Assembly: GCA_965232985.1 (NCBI GenBank)
Contig: CBDDRC010000042.1
Span: 281,299-345,298 of the forward strand
Direction of reading: 5' to 3'
DNA: 64,000 bases
Source: an uncultured bacterium
Lineage (GTDB): Bacteria > Pseudomonadota > Gammaproteobacteria > Pseudomonadales > JADFDG01
The first letter of the stretch is position 1. Every line of letters starts with the position of its first letter. The notes beneath the pieces were generated by a model. It did not search any database and was not told the DNA's origin. It was given only the letters and a program-made list of their open reading frames with translations. A program made the translations under genes and the position numbers. Shown here piece after piece: positions 45,195 to 54,410 of this stretch.

Positions 45195-46292
45195 ATGACC
45201 GCGCGCGCCGATACTGCCGACTATCGCGCGATTTTTCTGGCCGGCGCGCCGCTGCTCGATGTGCGGGCGCCGGTCGAATTTGCCGCCGGCGCCTTTCCCG
45301 GTGCCATCAACGTGCCGCTGCTCACCGACGCAGAGCGGGCGCAGGTCGGTATCACCTATAAAACACAGGGCCAGCAAGCCGCAATTGCTCTTGGCCACCA
45401 GTTGGTTGGCGGCGCGACGCAAGCCGAACGCATCGCCCGCTGGCTCGATTTCACCCGCCAGCATCCCGATGGCTATATCTATTGTTTCCGTGGCGGCCTG
45501 CGCTCGCAAACTGTGCGGCAGTGGCTGCACGAAACCGGCATCGACTATCCGCTTGTCACCGGTGGCTACAAGGCGATGCGCCAGTTCCTGCTGGCGGAAA
45601 TGGAGCGCCAGTCGCACCGCGCCCGCATCGCCATCGTCGGCGGCCGCACCGGCAGCGGCAAGACGCGCGTGGTGAATGCACTGCAGCACGCGATCGACCT
45701 CGAAGGCCTGGCGCAGCATCGCGGTTCGAGTTTCGGCCGCCTGCCCGGCGGGCAACCGACGCAAATCGATTTCGAGAATGCACTCGCCATCGCCCTGCTG
45801 CGCGCCACAACCGACGAACGAAAAAGGCTTTGGCTTGAAGACGAATCGCGGTTGATCGGCCGCTGCGCGATTCCACTGAATTTCCGGCCACGCATGGAGG
45901 CGGCGCCGCTGGCGCTGGTCGAGGAGTCGCTGGAATCACGGGTGCAGGTAGTGCTGGAAGATTATGTGGTCGGGGCCCTGGCGCTTTACGAGCTGGCACA
46001 TGGCGAGGACGGCTTCGGCATCTTCTCGGCCAGCCTGCTCGGCAGCCTCGACCGCGTGCAGAAGCGTCTGGGCAGCCTGATGCACCACAAGGCGCGTGCA
46101 GCCATGACAACGGCGCTCGCTGCACAAAGTGCGCGCGGCGATGCCGAGGGTCATCGCGCCTGGATCACCTTACTGCTCACGCATTACTACGATCCGATGT
46201 ACGACTATCAACTAACGCAAAAACGCGGCGAGATTCTGTTTCGCGGCCGCCGCAATGAGGTAATCGAATGGATCAACAACGATAACGATTGA
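45195..46292 (+). CDS. selU: tRNA 2-selenouridine synthase
   Basis: 365 aa. It has a rhodanese domain with active-site CFRGGLRS and the P-loop GGRTGSGKT. DVRAPVEFAAGAFPGAINVPL...ITYK is the characteristic SelU/MnmH N-terminus. Confidence 0.9.
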   Translation: MTARADTADYRAIFLAGAPLLDVRAPVEFAAGAFPGAINVPLLTDAERAQVGITYKTQGQQAAIALGHQLVGGATQAERIARWLDFTRQHPDGYIYCFRGGLRSQTVRQWLHETGIDYPLVTGGYKAMRQFLLAEMERQSHRARIAIVGGRTGSGKTRVVNALQHAIDLEGLAQHRGSSFGRLPGGQPTQIDFENALAIALLRATTDERKRLWLEDESRLIGRCAIPLNFRPRMEAAPLALVEESLESRVQVVLEDYVVGALALYELAHGEDGFGIFSASLLGSLDRVQKRLGSLMHHKARAAMTTALAAQSARGDAEGHRAWITLLLTHYYDPMYDYQLTQKRGEILFRGRRNEVIEWINNDND

Positions 46293-46389
46293 AGCCAAAT
46301 CACGGGGCAATTACCCCGGTTCGCGCTGCGCTATTGAACCGCAGCGCACAACATCCCGAAGCGCACTCCCCATTGAACGGAGCACACGC

Positions 46390-47280
46390 ATGACAATTTT
46401 CAACCGCATGACCGCGGCCCTCGCCGCATTGTTGCTGTTCGGCACGACAACCACCTTTGCCGGCACCGGCCCGATATTCACCTTCACCGCCATCCCGGAC
46501 GAAAATGAAACGCGCCTGAACGAACGCTTCGGCAAGGTTGCCGTCTATCTTGGCAAGACACTCGGCGTCGAGACGAAGTTCGTGCCGGTGAAATCCTATC
46601 CGGCGGCCGTTACCGCCTTCCGCAACAACGACGTGCAACTCGCCTGGTTCGGCGGGCTGACCGGCGTGCAGGCACGTCGCGCCGTGCCGGGTTCGCAGGC
46701 GATTGCGCAGGGCGCGGAAGACGTCGCTTTCATCAGCTACTTCATCGCCAATGCCTCGACGGGCATCAAGGCATCGACGGAATCCCCGCAAGCCTTTCCA
46801 AAAAGCATTATCGGCAAGTCGTTCACGTTCGGCGCGAAAACTTCCACCTCCGGCCGACTGATGCCGGAATACTGGATCCGCAAGCAGCTCGGCGTGGCGC
46901 CGGCAGCGGCATTCACGCGCATAGGCTTCAGTGGCGATCACTCAAAGACGCTGGAACTCGTGCAGTCGGGTGCCTATGAAGTCGGCGCCCTGAATTACAG
47001 CGTCTGGAAAAACGAAGTGCAGGCCGGCCACGTCGATGCCGAGAAGGTGCGCGTGATCTGGCAAACGCCGGGTTTCCCGGACTACCAGTGGACGATTCGC
47101 GGCGACGTCGACACCGCCTTCGGCAAGGGCTTCACGAAAAAGGTCCAGAAATCGTTGGTCGGCATGAACGACAAGTCGCTGCTCGACTCGTTCGAGCGCA
47201 CCGCGTTCATCAAAGCCTCAAACAAGGACTACGCGCCGATAGAAAAAACTGCGAAAGAAATCGGGCTGCTCGACGAATGA
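46390..47280 (+). CDS. PhnD-like periplasmic substrate-binding protein of an ABC transporter (possibly selenium oxyanion)
   Basis: 296 aa with a signal peptide. FTFTAIPDENETRLNERFGKVAVYLGKTLGVETKFVPVKSYPAAVTAFRNNDVQLAWFGG is PhnD-family-like. It is adjacent to selU. Confidence 0.8.
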   Translation: MTIFNRMTAALAALLLFGTTTTFAGTGPIFTFTAIPDENETRLNERFGKVAVYLGKTLGVETKFVPVKSYPAAVTAFRNNDVQLAWFGGLTGVQARRAVPGSQAIAQGAEDVAFISYFIANASTGIKASTESPQAFPKSIIGKSFTFGAKTSTSGRLMPEYWIRKQLGVAPAAAFTRIGFSGDHSKTLELVQSGAYEVGALNYSVWKNEVQAGHVDAEKVRVIWQTPGFPDYQWTIRGDVDTAFGKGFTKKVQKSLVGMNDKSLLDSFERTAFIKASNKDYAPIEKTAKEIGLLDE

Positions 47281-47966
47281 GCATGCTGTTTTCACTCGCC
47301 AACGCGCAGGTGAACTACGGCGGCAAAGCCGTGCTTGCCGGCGTATCGCTGACAATCCGGGCGGGTGAAAAGCTTGCCCTGGTCGGCGCAAGCGGGGCCG
47401 GCAAGTCGACCCTGCTGCGGCTGTTGCGCGCGCAGCGGCCGGCGGACATAGCGTGGTGTCCGCAAGCGCAGGGCCCGACCCAGTCCCTGGTGCCCATGCT
47501 CAGCGTGTTCCATAACATCTATGCCGGTCAGCTCGACCGTCACTCGACACTCTACAACCTCGTCAACTTGCTGGCGCCGCGCGCGCGCGAGGTGAACGCA
47601 GTCGGCAACGTCGCCGCGATGCTGGGCCTGGGTGACAAACTGTTCACGTCGACCGACCGGCTTTCCGGCGGCCAGCAACAGCGCGTGGCGGTCGGCCGCG
47701 CGTTGTTTGCCGGCCGGCCCGTCTTCATCGGCGACGAACCGGTCTCCTCGGTCGATGAATACCAGGCGGGTGATATCGCAAAAATCATCACTGCCGCGCA
47801 CGAAACCGTGGTGCTGGCGCTGCACGACATTGATCTCGCGCTGGCAACCTGCGACCGCATCGTCGGTCTGCAGGACGGAAAAATCGTCCTCGATGCACCT
47901 GCCATCACGCTCACGCCGCACGATCTTGCGCCGCTGTACCGGCGCGCTGGCCGGCGGCAGGCGTGA
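47277..47966 (+). CDS. ABC transporter ATP-binding protein (PhnC-like)
   Basis: The ATG at 47277 overlaps the upstream stop (ATGA). Walker A GASGAGKST, signature LSGGQQQR and Walker B VFIGDEP are present. Confidence 0.85.
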   Translation: MSMLFSLANAQVNYGGKAVLAGVSLTIRAGEKLALVGASGAGKSTLLRLLRAQRPADIAWCPQAQGPTQSLVPMLSVFHNIYAGQLDRHSTLYNLVNLLAPRAREVNAVGNVAAMLGLGDKLFTSTDRLSGGQQQRVAVGRALFAGRPVFIGDEPVSSVDEYQAGDIAKIITAAHETVVLALHDIDLALATCDRIVGLQDGKIVLDAPAITLTPHDLAPLYRRAGRRQA

Positions 47967-49528
47967 GCCCGGCTTACAACCCGCCACCCATGACGATGCC
48001 CAGCGCCGACACCACCGCAGCACCGCTGCGCCGACTGAGTTTCTGGCTGGCAATCATCGCGCTCGTCCTGCTGCCGTTTTCCGACATTGCCATCACCGTC
48101 GTCGATCCCTGGGACATTTTTGCGCGCATGCTGCACGGCGCGCTGACGCCATCGTTCAGCAACGTCGACGACTTGTGGGGCGTGCTCGCCAATACGCTGG
48201 CGTTCGGCCTGCAGGGCGTTGCCCTCGGCGCAGTCGCCGGCTTCCTGCTGGCATTTGCGCTGCACTGGCGCGCGGTGCGCTTATTCGCCGCATTTATTCG
48301 TGCGATCCACGAACTGTTCTGGGCGCTGATTTTTCTGCAGTTGTTCGGCCTGTCGCCGCTTACCGGCCTGCTTGCCATTGCGATTCCCTATGCCGGCACC
48401 TTCGCGCGCGTCTATCGCGAGTTGATGGACGAATCCGACCCGCAGGTCGCCGACGCGCTGCCGCCCGGCACGCCGTTTCTTTCCGGATTGATCTACACGC
48501 GGCTGGCCAATGCCTGGCCACACCTCGTCGCCTACAGCGCGTACCGCACCGAGTGTGCGCTGCGCTCCTCGGCGGTGCTCGGTTTTATCGGCCTGCCAAC
48601 AATCGGCTTTCATCTCGAAACCGCATTCCGTACCGGCGACTACAGCGGTGCCGCTGCTTTGCTCTATCTGTTTTTTGCGTTAATCGCCACATTGCGTTTC
48701 TGGTTGAAGAAACCGCTGCTGCCGTTCTATCTCGTTGCTGCCGTCGCCTGGATGCCGCCGTTGGCGCGCATTGACACCACCGCGATCATGCGTTTTTTCA
48801 CCGAGGACATCGTGCCGGCACCGCTGCGCAACGGCGATCTTGCCGTCAGCGCAACCTGGAATAAATTCGCGCAATGGTTGTGGAACCTGATCGATACCCA
48901 AGTGCTGCCTGGCGCGGCGGACACGCTGCTGATCGGTGGCGTGTCACTGGTGGTAACCGGCGCGATTGCACTCGTGCTGTTTCCGCTGGTCTCGCCGTTA
49001 TTCTGCAATCGCGCTGCGCGTACCGGCGGCCACGGCCTGTTGATTGCACTGCGCTCGACACCGGAATTCGTGCTGGCGTTTATCGGCCTGCTGCTGGTCG
49101 GGCCCTCGGCACTGCCGGCAATCGGCGCGCTGTCATTGCACAACGGCGCGATCATCGCCCATTTGATGGGTCGCTGGACTGCGGAACTTGCCTTGCGCGA
49201 GGACGCTCCGACCGGCCTCAACCGCTATTTCTTCGAAGTTCTGCCGCGCATCTACCGACAGTTCCTCGCTTTCCTGTTTTACCGCTGGGAAATCATCATG
49301 CGCGAGACGGCCATCCTTGGCATCCTTGGCGTGAGCACGCTTGGTTTCTACATCGACAGCGCCTTCGCGGAGCTGCGCTTCGACCGCGCCCTCGTGCTGA
49401 TTTTTGCCACCGCGCTGCTCAATATCGCCGCCGATCAGTTCTCGCTCAGGCGATCCGGCAATCCTCAGCAAAAGCCGGGCGCGGACCACGCGGCCGAACT
49501 CTGGCTGCATCGCCATAACCAATATTGA
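47963..49528 (+). CDS. PhnE-like ABC transporter permease, double-length (two fused permease modules)
   Basis: 521 aa with a GTGA overlap with the ATPase gene. Two similar hydrophobic halves each carry a PhnE-type EAA-like region ([13 protein letters not shown]; [15 protein letters not shown]). Confidence 0.75.
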   Translation: MSPAYNPPPMTMPSADTTAAPLRRLSFWLAIIALVLLPFSDIAITVVDPWDIFARMLHGALTPSFSNVDDLWGVLANTLAFGLQGVALGAVAGFLLAFALHWRAVRLFAAFIRAIHELFWALIFLQLFGLSPLTGLLAIAIPYAGTFARVYRELMDESDPQVADALPPGTPFLSGLIYTRLANAWPHLVAYSAYRTECALRSSAVLGFIGLPTIGFHLETAFRTGDYSGAAALLYLFFALIATLRFWLKKPLLPFYLVAAVAWMPPLARIDTTAIMRFFTEDIVPAPLRNGDLAVSATWNKFAQWLWNLIDTQVLPGAADTLLIGGVSLVVTGAIALVLFPLVSPLFCNRAARTGGHGLLIALRSTPEFVLAFIGLLLVGPSALPAIGALSLHNGAIIAHLMGRWTAELALREDAPTGLNRYFFEVLPRIYRQFLAFLFYRWEIIMRETAILGILGVSTLGFYIDSAFAELRFDRALVLIFATALLNIAADQFSLRRSGNPQQKPGADHAAELWLHRHNQY

Positions 49529-50039
49529 TCAGGAAGTTCGACTTCACAGCAGTGCCGGCAAAAAATGCTGCGTCCACCTGCGCGTTGTCGAAGCCCGACA
49601 TCGGGCCGCAATCAAGGCCCAGCGCCCGGGCTGCCATGAGCACGTACGCACCCTGCAATGAGCCGTTGCGGAAGGCCGTTGTTTCGGCAAGCACCGCATT
49701 GCCCGCAAACATGTCACGCGCACCCGGGAAGGCTGGAAACAAACCTGGCATGCGTTCGTAAAAGGCATGGTCAGTGGCAACGATGATGGTGGCCGGCGCC
49801 GCCATTGTCTGTGCCACGTTACCCTCGGCAAGAGCAGGCTTGAGCATCGCCTTGGCGGCAGCCGATTTTACGAATACCAGCCGGGATGGCAGACAGTTCA
49901 TGCTGGTCGGTGCCCATTTCGCCAAATCCCAGATTGCGCGCAGCGTGTCGTCACTCACCGACTGCTCGAGCCACGCGCCGTGGGTGCGCGCCTCGGTAAA
50001 CAACTGCCGCAGCGCGCGCTCATCGAGTTTATTGCTCAC
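49446..50039 (-). CDS. nitroreductase-family protein, malonic semialdehyde reductase RutE-like
   Basis: 197 aa, GTG start preceded by [20 protein letters not shown]...[15 protein letters not shown]...GPMSGFD match the RutE/YdjA-like nitroreductase family. Confidence 0.85.
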   Translation of the reverse strand: MSNKLDERALRQLFTEARTHGAWLEQSVSDDTLRAIWDLAKWAPTSMNCLPSRLVFVKSAAAKAMLKPALAEGNVAQTMAAPATIIVATDHAFYERMPGLFPAFPGARDMFAGNAVLAETTAFRNGSLQGAYVLMAARALGLDCGPMSGFDNAQVDAAFFAGTAVKSNFLINIGYGDAARVRPRGPRPAFAEDCRIA

Positions 50040-50100
50040 ATCGCTACTCCCTGGATTCAGGGCGGCGACACGCGGGTGTCGGCCGCCCGTTGCGTGACTG

Positions 50101-50502
50101 TTACTTCTTCAGTTTCGCGTCAATGCTCCAGGCGCCGGCACCATTGGCCGCAAGCACAAGGAAACCACCGGCGATGGCGATGTTTTTCATCAGCATGATC
50201 TGGTTCACCTGATCCGGCGCGCCGTGAAAAATAACGCCGGAAATGATCGAGAACCCGGCCAGCGCGACAGCCACCGGGCGCGTGAACAAGCCCAGCAGAA
50301 TGGCAATGCCGCCACCCAGTTCAGCAAGAATCACCAGCGGCAACAACTCGCCGGGAACACCGGCACTTTCCATATAGCCGGCAGTGCCTGCGTAACCGCC
50401 GATCTTGCTGTAACCGGCGACGATGAAGATGAGGCTGAGCAGCACACGGCCGGCAAGATCGGTGGGCGCCTTGAAACGGTCGAACAGATTGTCGAACAAC
50501 AT
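50101..50502 (-). CDS. DoxX-family membrane protein
   Basis: 133 aa from MLFDNL, with AGGAGGAAGG upstream. [16 protein letters not shown] and [16 protein letters not shown] are DoxX signatures. Confidence 0.85.
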   Translation of the reverse strand: MLFDNLFDRFKAPTDLAGRVLLSLIFIVAGYSKIGGYAGTAGYMESAGVPGELLPLVILAELGGGIAILLGLFTRPVAVALAGFSIISGVIFHGAPDQVNQIMLMKNIAIAGGFLVLAANGAGAWSIDAKLKK

Positions 50503-50532
50503 GGTTCCTTCCTCCTGGGATTGGGGTATTTG

Positions 50533-50547
50533 TTCTATAACACAGAA
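50533..50547. promoter_or_regulatory. putative LysR-type T-N11-A box
   Basis: TTCTATAACACAGAA (TTCT-N7-AGAA) lies in the 121-bp divergent region between the DoxX and LysR genes. Confidence 0.3.
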
Positions 50548-50623
50548 TGAGTTGGTACTGTAAAACCTGGACAAACTGAGAGAAATCGATAATTTTTGAA
50601 GTATTCATTCAGGAATTTCGAAC

Positions 50624-51562
50624 ATGAATCCGCCCCTCAGTCTCGATGCGCTACGGGTTCTCGATGCCATCGAACGGCGCGGCAGCTTTGCCGCCGCCGC
50701 AACCGAACTGAATCGTGTCACCTCAGCGGTCTCCTACGCTGTGCTGAAACTGGAAGAAGACCTCGACGTGCTGCTGTTCGATCGCGAAGGCCATCGCGCC
50801 AGGCTGACGCCGACCGGCCGGCTGGTACTGGCGCGTGGTCGCGAGCTGCTGGCAGCAGCCGAACGCCTTGCCCTTGATGCCCGCCAATTGCACGACGGCT
50901 GGGAAACCGAACTGCGCATTGCTTTCGACAATGTCTACGAGGTTGATCTGCTGTTTGGGCTGCTGGCCGAATTCCACCGCAGCCAACCGGCCACCAGCGT
51001 GCGGCTGCTCGACGAGGTGCTCGGCGGCCCCTGGGAAGCACTGGAGAGCGATCGCGCTGACATCATTGTGGCCGGCATGCTCTCCGCCAACGCGCCAGCG
51101 GGCGTGCGCATCGAGCCGCTGGGTAGCTGCCAGTTCCTGATGGCAGCGGCGCCCGGACATCCCGCAACCTTCGAGCCCGCACCGCTGGGCGAAGACGCGC
51201 TGCGCCGTTACCCGCTGGTCGTCGTCGCCGACAGCTCCCGGGTGCGCCCACCATTATCGATCGGCCTGCTGGCGCGGCAAACGACGATCACGGTGTCGAG
51301 CTTTCGCGCCAAGGAACAGGCTCTGATGGCCGGGCTGGGCATCGGCACCCTGCCGGAGAATCGGCTCGCCCCGCTGTTGGCAGCAGGCAAACTCCAGACG
51401 GTGCGAACCGCCGCATTGCGAGAGCCTGCATCGATAGTGCTGGCCTGGAAGGGTACTGCCGGTGGTCGCGCCCGGCGCTGGTTCCTGCAGCGCATCCCGG
51501 GCGCCTGGGCTGACGCTCACCCAACCCCCACACCGGCAAAGGCCGCGCCGGACATTGGCTAG
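50624..51562 (+). CDS. LysR-family transcriptional regulator
   Basis: 312 aa. The N-terminal wHTH is LRVLDAIERRGSFAAAATELNRVTSAVSYAVLKLEEDL. It is divergent from doxX. Confidence 0.9.
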   Translation: MNPPLSLDALRVLDAIERRGSFAAAATELNRVTSAVSYAVLKLEEDLDVLLFDREGHRARLTPTGRLVLARGRELLAAAERLALDARQLHDGWETELRIAFDNVYEVDLLFGLLAEFHRSQPATSVRLLDEVLGGPWEALESDRADIIVAGMLSANAPAGVRIEPLGSCQFLMAAAPGHPATFEPAPLGEDALRRYPLVVVADSSRVRPPLSIGLLARQTTITVSSFRAKEQALMAGLGIGTLPENRLAPLLAAGKLQTVRTAALREPASIVLAWKGTAGGRARRWFLQRIPGAWADAHPTPTPAKAAPDIG

Positions 51563-51683
51563 TCAACCAGCACTGCCCGGGCAAAGAGTTGTGGCAATTC
51601 CGCCAGCGCCCTTATAGTGGACGCCGATACGGCGGCCCGGCACCACCCGGGCGAGAACGAGAATAACAAAGGAGTTTTCGCCG

Positions 51684-52946
51684 ATGCATCTCACTGCGCG
51701 CTGCCTTTCCGGCTGTCTTCCGCTTTTCCTCGCACTCGTACTGCTGCCGCTGGGCAACATGTCGTTTGCCGCCAATGGCACCGCCGAGCCGGGGATTCCC
51801 GAAGTCGTCGATGAAGGCGAAGCGGAATTCGACGAGATCGAAGTCCTCAAGAAAAAAGCCGCCACCGAGGGCGACTGGCAACAAAACAAGGACGAACAGG
51901 TCGCCGTCAGCGAACACATCTTCAGCAAAGAGTGGAACAAAGCCCCCTTTGATCCGGCGGCGTTCGACTACACACCAGAGCAGATGCAGGCGAACTGGAA
52001 AGTGCTCATGCGCGGACTGCGCGTGCCCTATCCGTCGCCGGAATACCTGCGCAACCGCTACCAGAAATTTGCCGCATACCGTGACAGCACCCCGAATTTC
52101 GATGGCGACTACGACAAGCTGTCCGCCGATGTGCTGGACACCTGGCGCCTGTTCTTCCGCGGCGATTATCAGGACGCCATGCGGAAGGGCGAAACACTCG
52201 GCATTGCCGGTCGCATCCCCGGCAAGGTGGCGCAGATCTTCTACGCGATCTACCTCGAACCGAATCTCGAAGACAAACACATGCTGCTGCAGGACGCCGC
52301 CAATATTGTGCGCGAGTACGGTAGCAGCCTCGATCAAATGAAAAAGGACAAACAGTATTATGCGGACTACATCATCATCCGCATTGCCTATTCCTACGCT
52401 ATCGGCCGCATTGCCGAAGACGTGCCCATCCCGGTGGCAATCAGCCGCAACTATGTCTTCAAGGTGCTGGACGCCGCCAACGATATCCTCGATCTCGAAG
52501 AAGACAACCCGCTGGGCCTGGCCTTTCGCGCCGGCATCGATGCCAACATCGTCCGCAAAGTCGGCAAGGCCACCGGCCGGATAACTTTCGGCGCCAAGCA
52601 GACCCATGTGAAAGAGTATTTTGAGCGCGCGCTCCAGCAGGTTCCGGACATGGCGATCATCCGTTACGAATATGGCAATGCGCTGCTGTACATGGACAAG
52701 AAGCGCCAGATTGATGCCGCGCTGGCCGCGTTCAAAGAAGCTGCCGCCACCAAGCCGCGCTTCTCCATGGAAGCACTCGACAGCATGTACGCCGCCAAGC
52801 GTCGCAAGGAAATCGAAGCGCTTGTGAATTATCCGGGCAGCTTCCGCTCCTTCGAGCGCAAGCGCCTGAAGTACCAGAAGCAGAACCACATCAACCTTTA
52901 CTGCGTGCTGCCGAAAGTCTGCCCGCCGTTCATCATCCAGCCATGA
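51684..52946 (+). CDS. hypothetical secreted protein (420 aa)
   Basis: Signal peptide (CLPLFLALVLLPLGNMSFA), AAAGGAG upstream, GC-rich third positions. The body is helical-repeat-like. The 425-aa antisense ORF was rejected. Confidence 0.6.
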   Translation: MHLTARCLSGCLPLFLALVLLPLGNMSFAANGTAEPGIPEVVDEGEAEFDEIEVLKKKAATEGDWQQNKDEQVAVSEHIFSKEWNKAPFDPAAFDYTPEQMQANWKVLMRGLRVPYPSPEYLRNRYQKFAAYRDSTPNFDGDYDKLSADVLDTWRLFFRGDYQDAMRKGETLGIAGRIPGKVAQIFYAIYLEPNLEDKHMLLQDAANIVREYGSSLDQMKKDKQYYADYIIIRIAYSYAIGRIAEDVPIPVAISRNYVFKVLDAANDILDLEEDNPLGLAFRAGIDANIVRKVGKATGRITFGAKQTHVKEYFERALQQVPDMAIIRYEYGNALLYMDKKRQIDAALAAFKEAAATKPRFSMEALDSMYAAKRRKEIEALVNYPGSFRSFERKRLKYQKQNHINLYCVLPKVCPPFIIQP

Positions 52947-53536
52947 GCCGGTTTCTCGCCCATCTCAGCCGCCTGAAGTTCATCATCCGCTGGGGGCTCA
53001 AGCGCAACACCTCGGCAGAGAATGTCGTCGAGCACAGCTGGGAGGTTGCGGTCATCGCGCATCTGCTGGCCAACATTCGCAACGCGCAATTCGGCGGCGC
53101 GTTGGATGCCAATGCCATTGCCGCCGCTGCGCTGTTCCATGACGCCAGCGAAGTACTCACCGGCGACATGCCCTCGCCGGTGAAATACCACTCGCCGGAA
53201 ATCACCCGCGCCTACAAGGCAATCGAGCATCAGGCACAGATGGAATTGTGGCAGTTGCTGCCGGAGTCGCTGCGCGCATATTACCGGCCACTGCTCATCG
53301 ACGAGGCGATCTCGCCCGAATACCACGAGATCATCAAGACTGCCGACGTTCTTTCGGCGCTGCTGAAATGCCGCCATGAGATCCGCGCCGGCAACCGCGA
53401 GTTCGAAACGGCGCTGGCGGATATCGCGTACAAAGCAGAAAAACTCGCCCAACGCCTGCCGGAAGTCCGTTATTTCCTCGAGCATTTCGAACCGGCATTC
53501 GACCTGACGCTCGACGAGTTGCTGGCGAAGCGTTAA
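52943..53536 (+). CDS. yfbR: 5'-deoxynucleotidase YfbR-like HD-domain phosphohydrolase
   Basis: 197 aa. RW......ENVVEHSWEVAVIAH...ALFHDASEVLTGDMPSPVKY is the YfbR HD motif. There is an ATGA overlap with the upstream gene. Confidence 0.88.
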   Translation: MSRFLAHLSRLKFIIRWGLKRNTSAENVVEHSWEVAVIAHLLANIRNAQFGGALDANAIAAAALFHDASEVLTGDMPSPVKYHSPEITRAYKAIEHQAQMELWQLLPESLRAYYRPLLIDEAISPEYHEIIKTADVLSALLKCRHEIRAGNREFETALADIAYKAEKLAQRLPEVRYFLEHFEPAFDLTLDELLAKR

Positions 53537-53541
53537 GCGGC

Positions 53542-54105
53542 TTATGCCAGCAGTCGCGAGCAGGCCGGAAACTGGGCGCGCAGGAACTCCATCTGATCGC
53601 CGAGAATCCGCCGGCTGTTCACCAGCGCGAGGTACTCGGCCATGTTCGGCGTGTAGGGCAGCGCCAGCAGTTCCATGCCGCACTCCTCGGGCGCCCGACT
53701 GCCCTTGAACTGGTTGCAGCGGCGACAGGCCGCAACCACATTGAGCCAACTGTCCCGGCCGCCGCGCGAGCGCGGCTGGATGTGATCGCGGGTAAGGTCA
53801 CGATCGAAGAACTGCTTGCCGCAATACAGGCAAATGTTCTGGTCGCGACGGAACAGCGAACTGTTGGTGAGCGGCGGAACGGTGCGGAACGGTGCGTGCA
53901 GGCGACCTTCACAGGCAATGATGCTGTGTACCTCCACCAGCGACTGCAGGCCGGTGAGACGGGACTGGCCGCCGCGAATGCGGTACACAACATCGCCCAG
54001 AGTCCAGCCGATCAAATCGCGTGCGTAAAGACCGACAGCCTGCTCCCAGTCGAGCCACTCAACCGGTTGCCCTGCCATATCCACCCTGAGTATCCGCGCT
54101 GCCAT
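53542..54105 (-). CDS. HNH endonuclease family protein
   Basis: 187 aa from MAARIL, with GGGGAGG upstream. The HNH core is CLYCGKQFFDRDLTRDHIQPRSRGGRDSWLNVVAACRRCNQFKG. Confidence 0.85.
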   Translation of the reverse strand: MAARILRVDMAGQPVEWLDWEQAVGLYARDLIGWTLGDVVYRIRGGQSRLTGLQSLVEVHSIIACEGRLHAPFRTVPPLTNSSLFRRDQNICLYCGKQFFDRDLTRDHIQPRSRGGRDSWLNVVAACRRCNQFKGSRAPEECGMELLALPYTPNMAEYLALVNSRRILGDQMEFLRAQFPACSRLLA

Positions 54106-54410
54106 GGCCTCCCCGCCCGAGCAAAGAATTGGCCCGAGGATACCCGCGCAAAATGGCAGATGCCAGCGCGCAAGCACGCGTCGCATGGCCGGGCGGCCGC
54201 CGGTCAAACTGACGAGAGGTCGCAGTATCTACTGCGCACGGGCTGTCCTACCGTTACATGGAACCCGACAGCAGACTGCTCTGGAGCGCCCAATTTCACC
54301 CCGGCACCCCGGACCACTCCTTGGTGTGCGCCCCCGACGTGCCCGTGCTATGTTTGCCGCCGCGCTTCCGGTCATGCCTACAACAAACCAACAAACTACG
54401 GAGACGTTTC

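Noticed and set aside
53542-54105. The HNH endonuclease as part of a restriction or defence locus.
   Set aside because: Its composition looks native. Its neighbours (yfbR, binding proteins) are not defence genes, and no methyltransferase partner is adjacent on the same operon; the 55462 methyltransferase is separated from it by another gene and has a different architecture. It is probably the widespread stand-alone HNH family. I kept it as an ordinary feature.
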